A stretch of 62,712 bases of DNA, filler included, from Sphacelaria rigidula (Eukaryota), in the NCBI GenBank assembly GCA_964200075.2. It is 11 parts of 11 records of this genome, joined end to end, with 100 filler letters (N's around TTAATTAATTAA, not from the genome) between each part and the next. Parts side by side here need not be neighbours in the genome. Positions count along the whole stretch, not along the records: positions 57,103 to 62,712 come from CAXNAA020025887.1; 10 more parts are not named here. The stretch is one strand, 5' to 3'. The notes beneath the pieces are model-generated. The model was not told the origin of the DNA. It saw only the letters and a list, made by a program, of their open reading frames with translations, and ran no database searches. Below, piece by piece: positions 61,401 to 62,712 of the stretch (position 1 is its first letter; every line of letters starts with the position of its first letter). The position numbers and the translations under genes were made by a program.

Positions 61401-62712
61401 AAGAGTCAACCATTTGTGTTTGGAAGTAAATACTCCGCTCGCAGTCGTTCGGGTGTACCTGGCCCTTCTCGCGTTGCCAGAATAGCTTCACACTGTCTGT
61501 AGTGTTGTTGGGAAACACGAAGCAGAGACATCAACAGCGTGCATGCTACGACGGAAACTGAAAGGTGCTCGTCGAAGACATACTGTTCCATACTAAACTG
61601 ACTTTGCGTGCACTTGACTGCGGGATCAAAACCGGTCAGGGACGTTCCAGTATTATTATATCCACCTAAATAGGTGGATCCTTGTTTCCAGTATCCTTTG
61701 ACCATGGCCGATCCCGCGTTGTTTTTTTTACTCGGGAGCCCACATGTTTTTAATCAGCTGCCCGTTACGCACATGTGTGCAAACAAAGTGGAGCCTTCAC
61801 GTGTAGTACCGTGGTGCAGGCAGTTGTCAGTAACCATATCCTTTGCATCTGCAACTACTGCAATGGACGTGCAGCTGCACATGAAGGCGGTATAGTACTG
61901 TGTTTTATTGGCAAAGCACAGCTACCTACTTTGCTCGTGAGTACAACCCGTGCTGTAACCTGGCAGAGAACAGTCTGTACTCGGACATAAAGCAGTACAA
62001 GATAACAAATACAGATTTCAGCTGTACCGTGTTCGCGAAGTATAAACACATGGAACACCTGTAGGGGAATCTGCACAGTGGCCGCAGGCGGCGCATAGAA
62101 GGCAATATGCGCAATTTACGCGCATGATATGCCCACTAGGCCTTTCACAACCCAAAATAAGGCTTTAAAAACACATAATAAAGGCGCACAAATCGGGATT
62201 ACGCGAAGCCTTAGGCGCACATGAGAGGCGAAAGCCAAAATATTATTGCTGAATTGGGTTTCTCATCGTGATGCACGCGGAAAACCCAATTCGTAAGATT
62301 CAGACGGTAGTTTCAGATTCCGAGTGGATGACCTATCGTTCCGAACAGGGAACGTTTTTTCTTTTTTTTGCTTGAGCACACGTGCTGTGCATACAGCTAC
62401 CGTACAGTACCCCATTCGAGTATTTCGGCGGTCTGGTTGGTAAGATACTGCATATAGCATTTTCACGCCTGGGGGGGGCATTTCGGAACTGAAACTGTTT
62501 CAGGCACAAATCGGTCTTCCCTGAAGGAGGGGATCTTTTGTTGTAATGGACTGACTGCATAGTTGCGATGAGTGATGCTACGGTAGGGGTACACAAGTAT
62601 TCTCTGAGGTTGGAATTGTTAGGAGCCCTTTATCTCGTCCAAAACACGACTTATGAAAATATGCGAGAGTACACCAGGATTTCTAATCCACTGTGCTGCG
62701 GATATCCCGAAT

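Overview
This window is not one locus. It is 11 unrelated contigs of 5610-5611 bp joined by artificial 100-bp linkers (N44-TTAATTAATTAA-N44): 1-5611, 5712-11322, 11423-17032, 17133-22742, 22843-28452, 28553-34162, 34263-39872, 39973-45582, 45683-51292, 51393-57002 and 57103-62712. The DNA is eukaryotic, intron-rich and repeat-rich; a brown alga (Phaeophyceae) is my inference from the gene architecture and repeat style. Host gene fragments recovered by splice-site and phase analysis: two exons of a PP6/PP4-type Ser/Thr phosphatase, three exons of a Musashi/DAZAP1/hnRNP-A/B-type RRM protein, two exons of a possibly CCDC87-like protein, four exons of a coiled-coil protein, and several unidentified exons. 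Mobile DNA dominates: a near-complete decayed APE+RT LINE whose ORF2 stop is followed directly by a C-rich tail, a second family sharing that LINE's 3' terminus, a DIRS/Ngaro-type tyrosine recombinase remnant cut by an ~835-bp foldback element, many nested MITEs, and a ~3.9-kb array of ~200-209-bp patchwork repeats. I found no prokaryotic operon, CRISPR array, rRNA or tRNA. Most ORFs in the supplied track look spurious. All alignments were done by eye.
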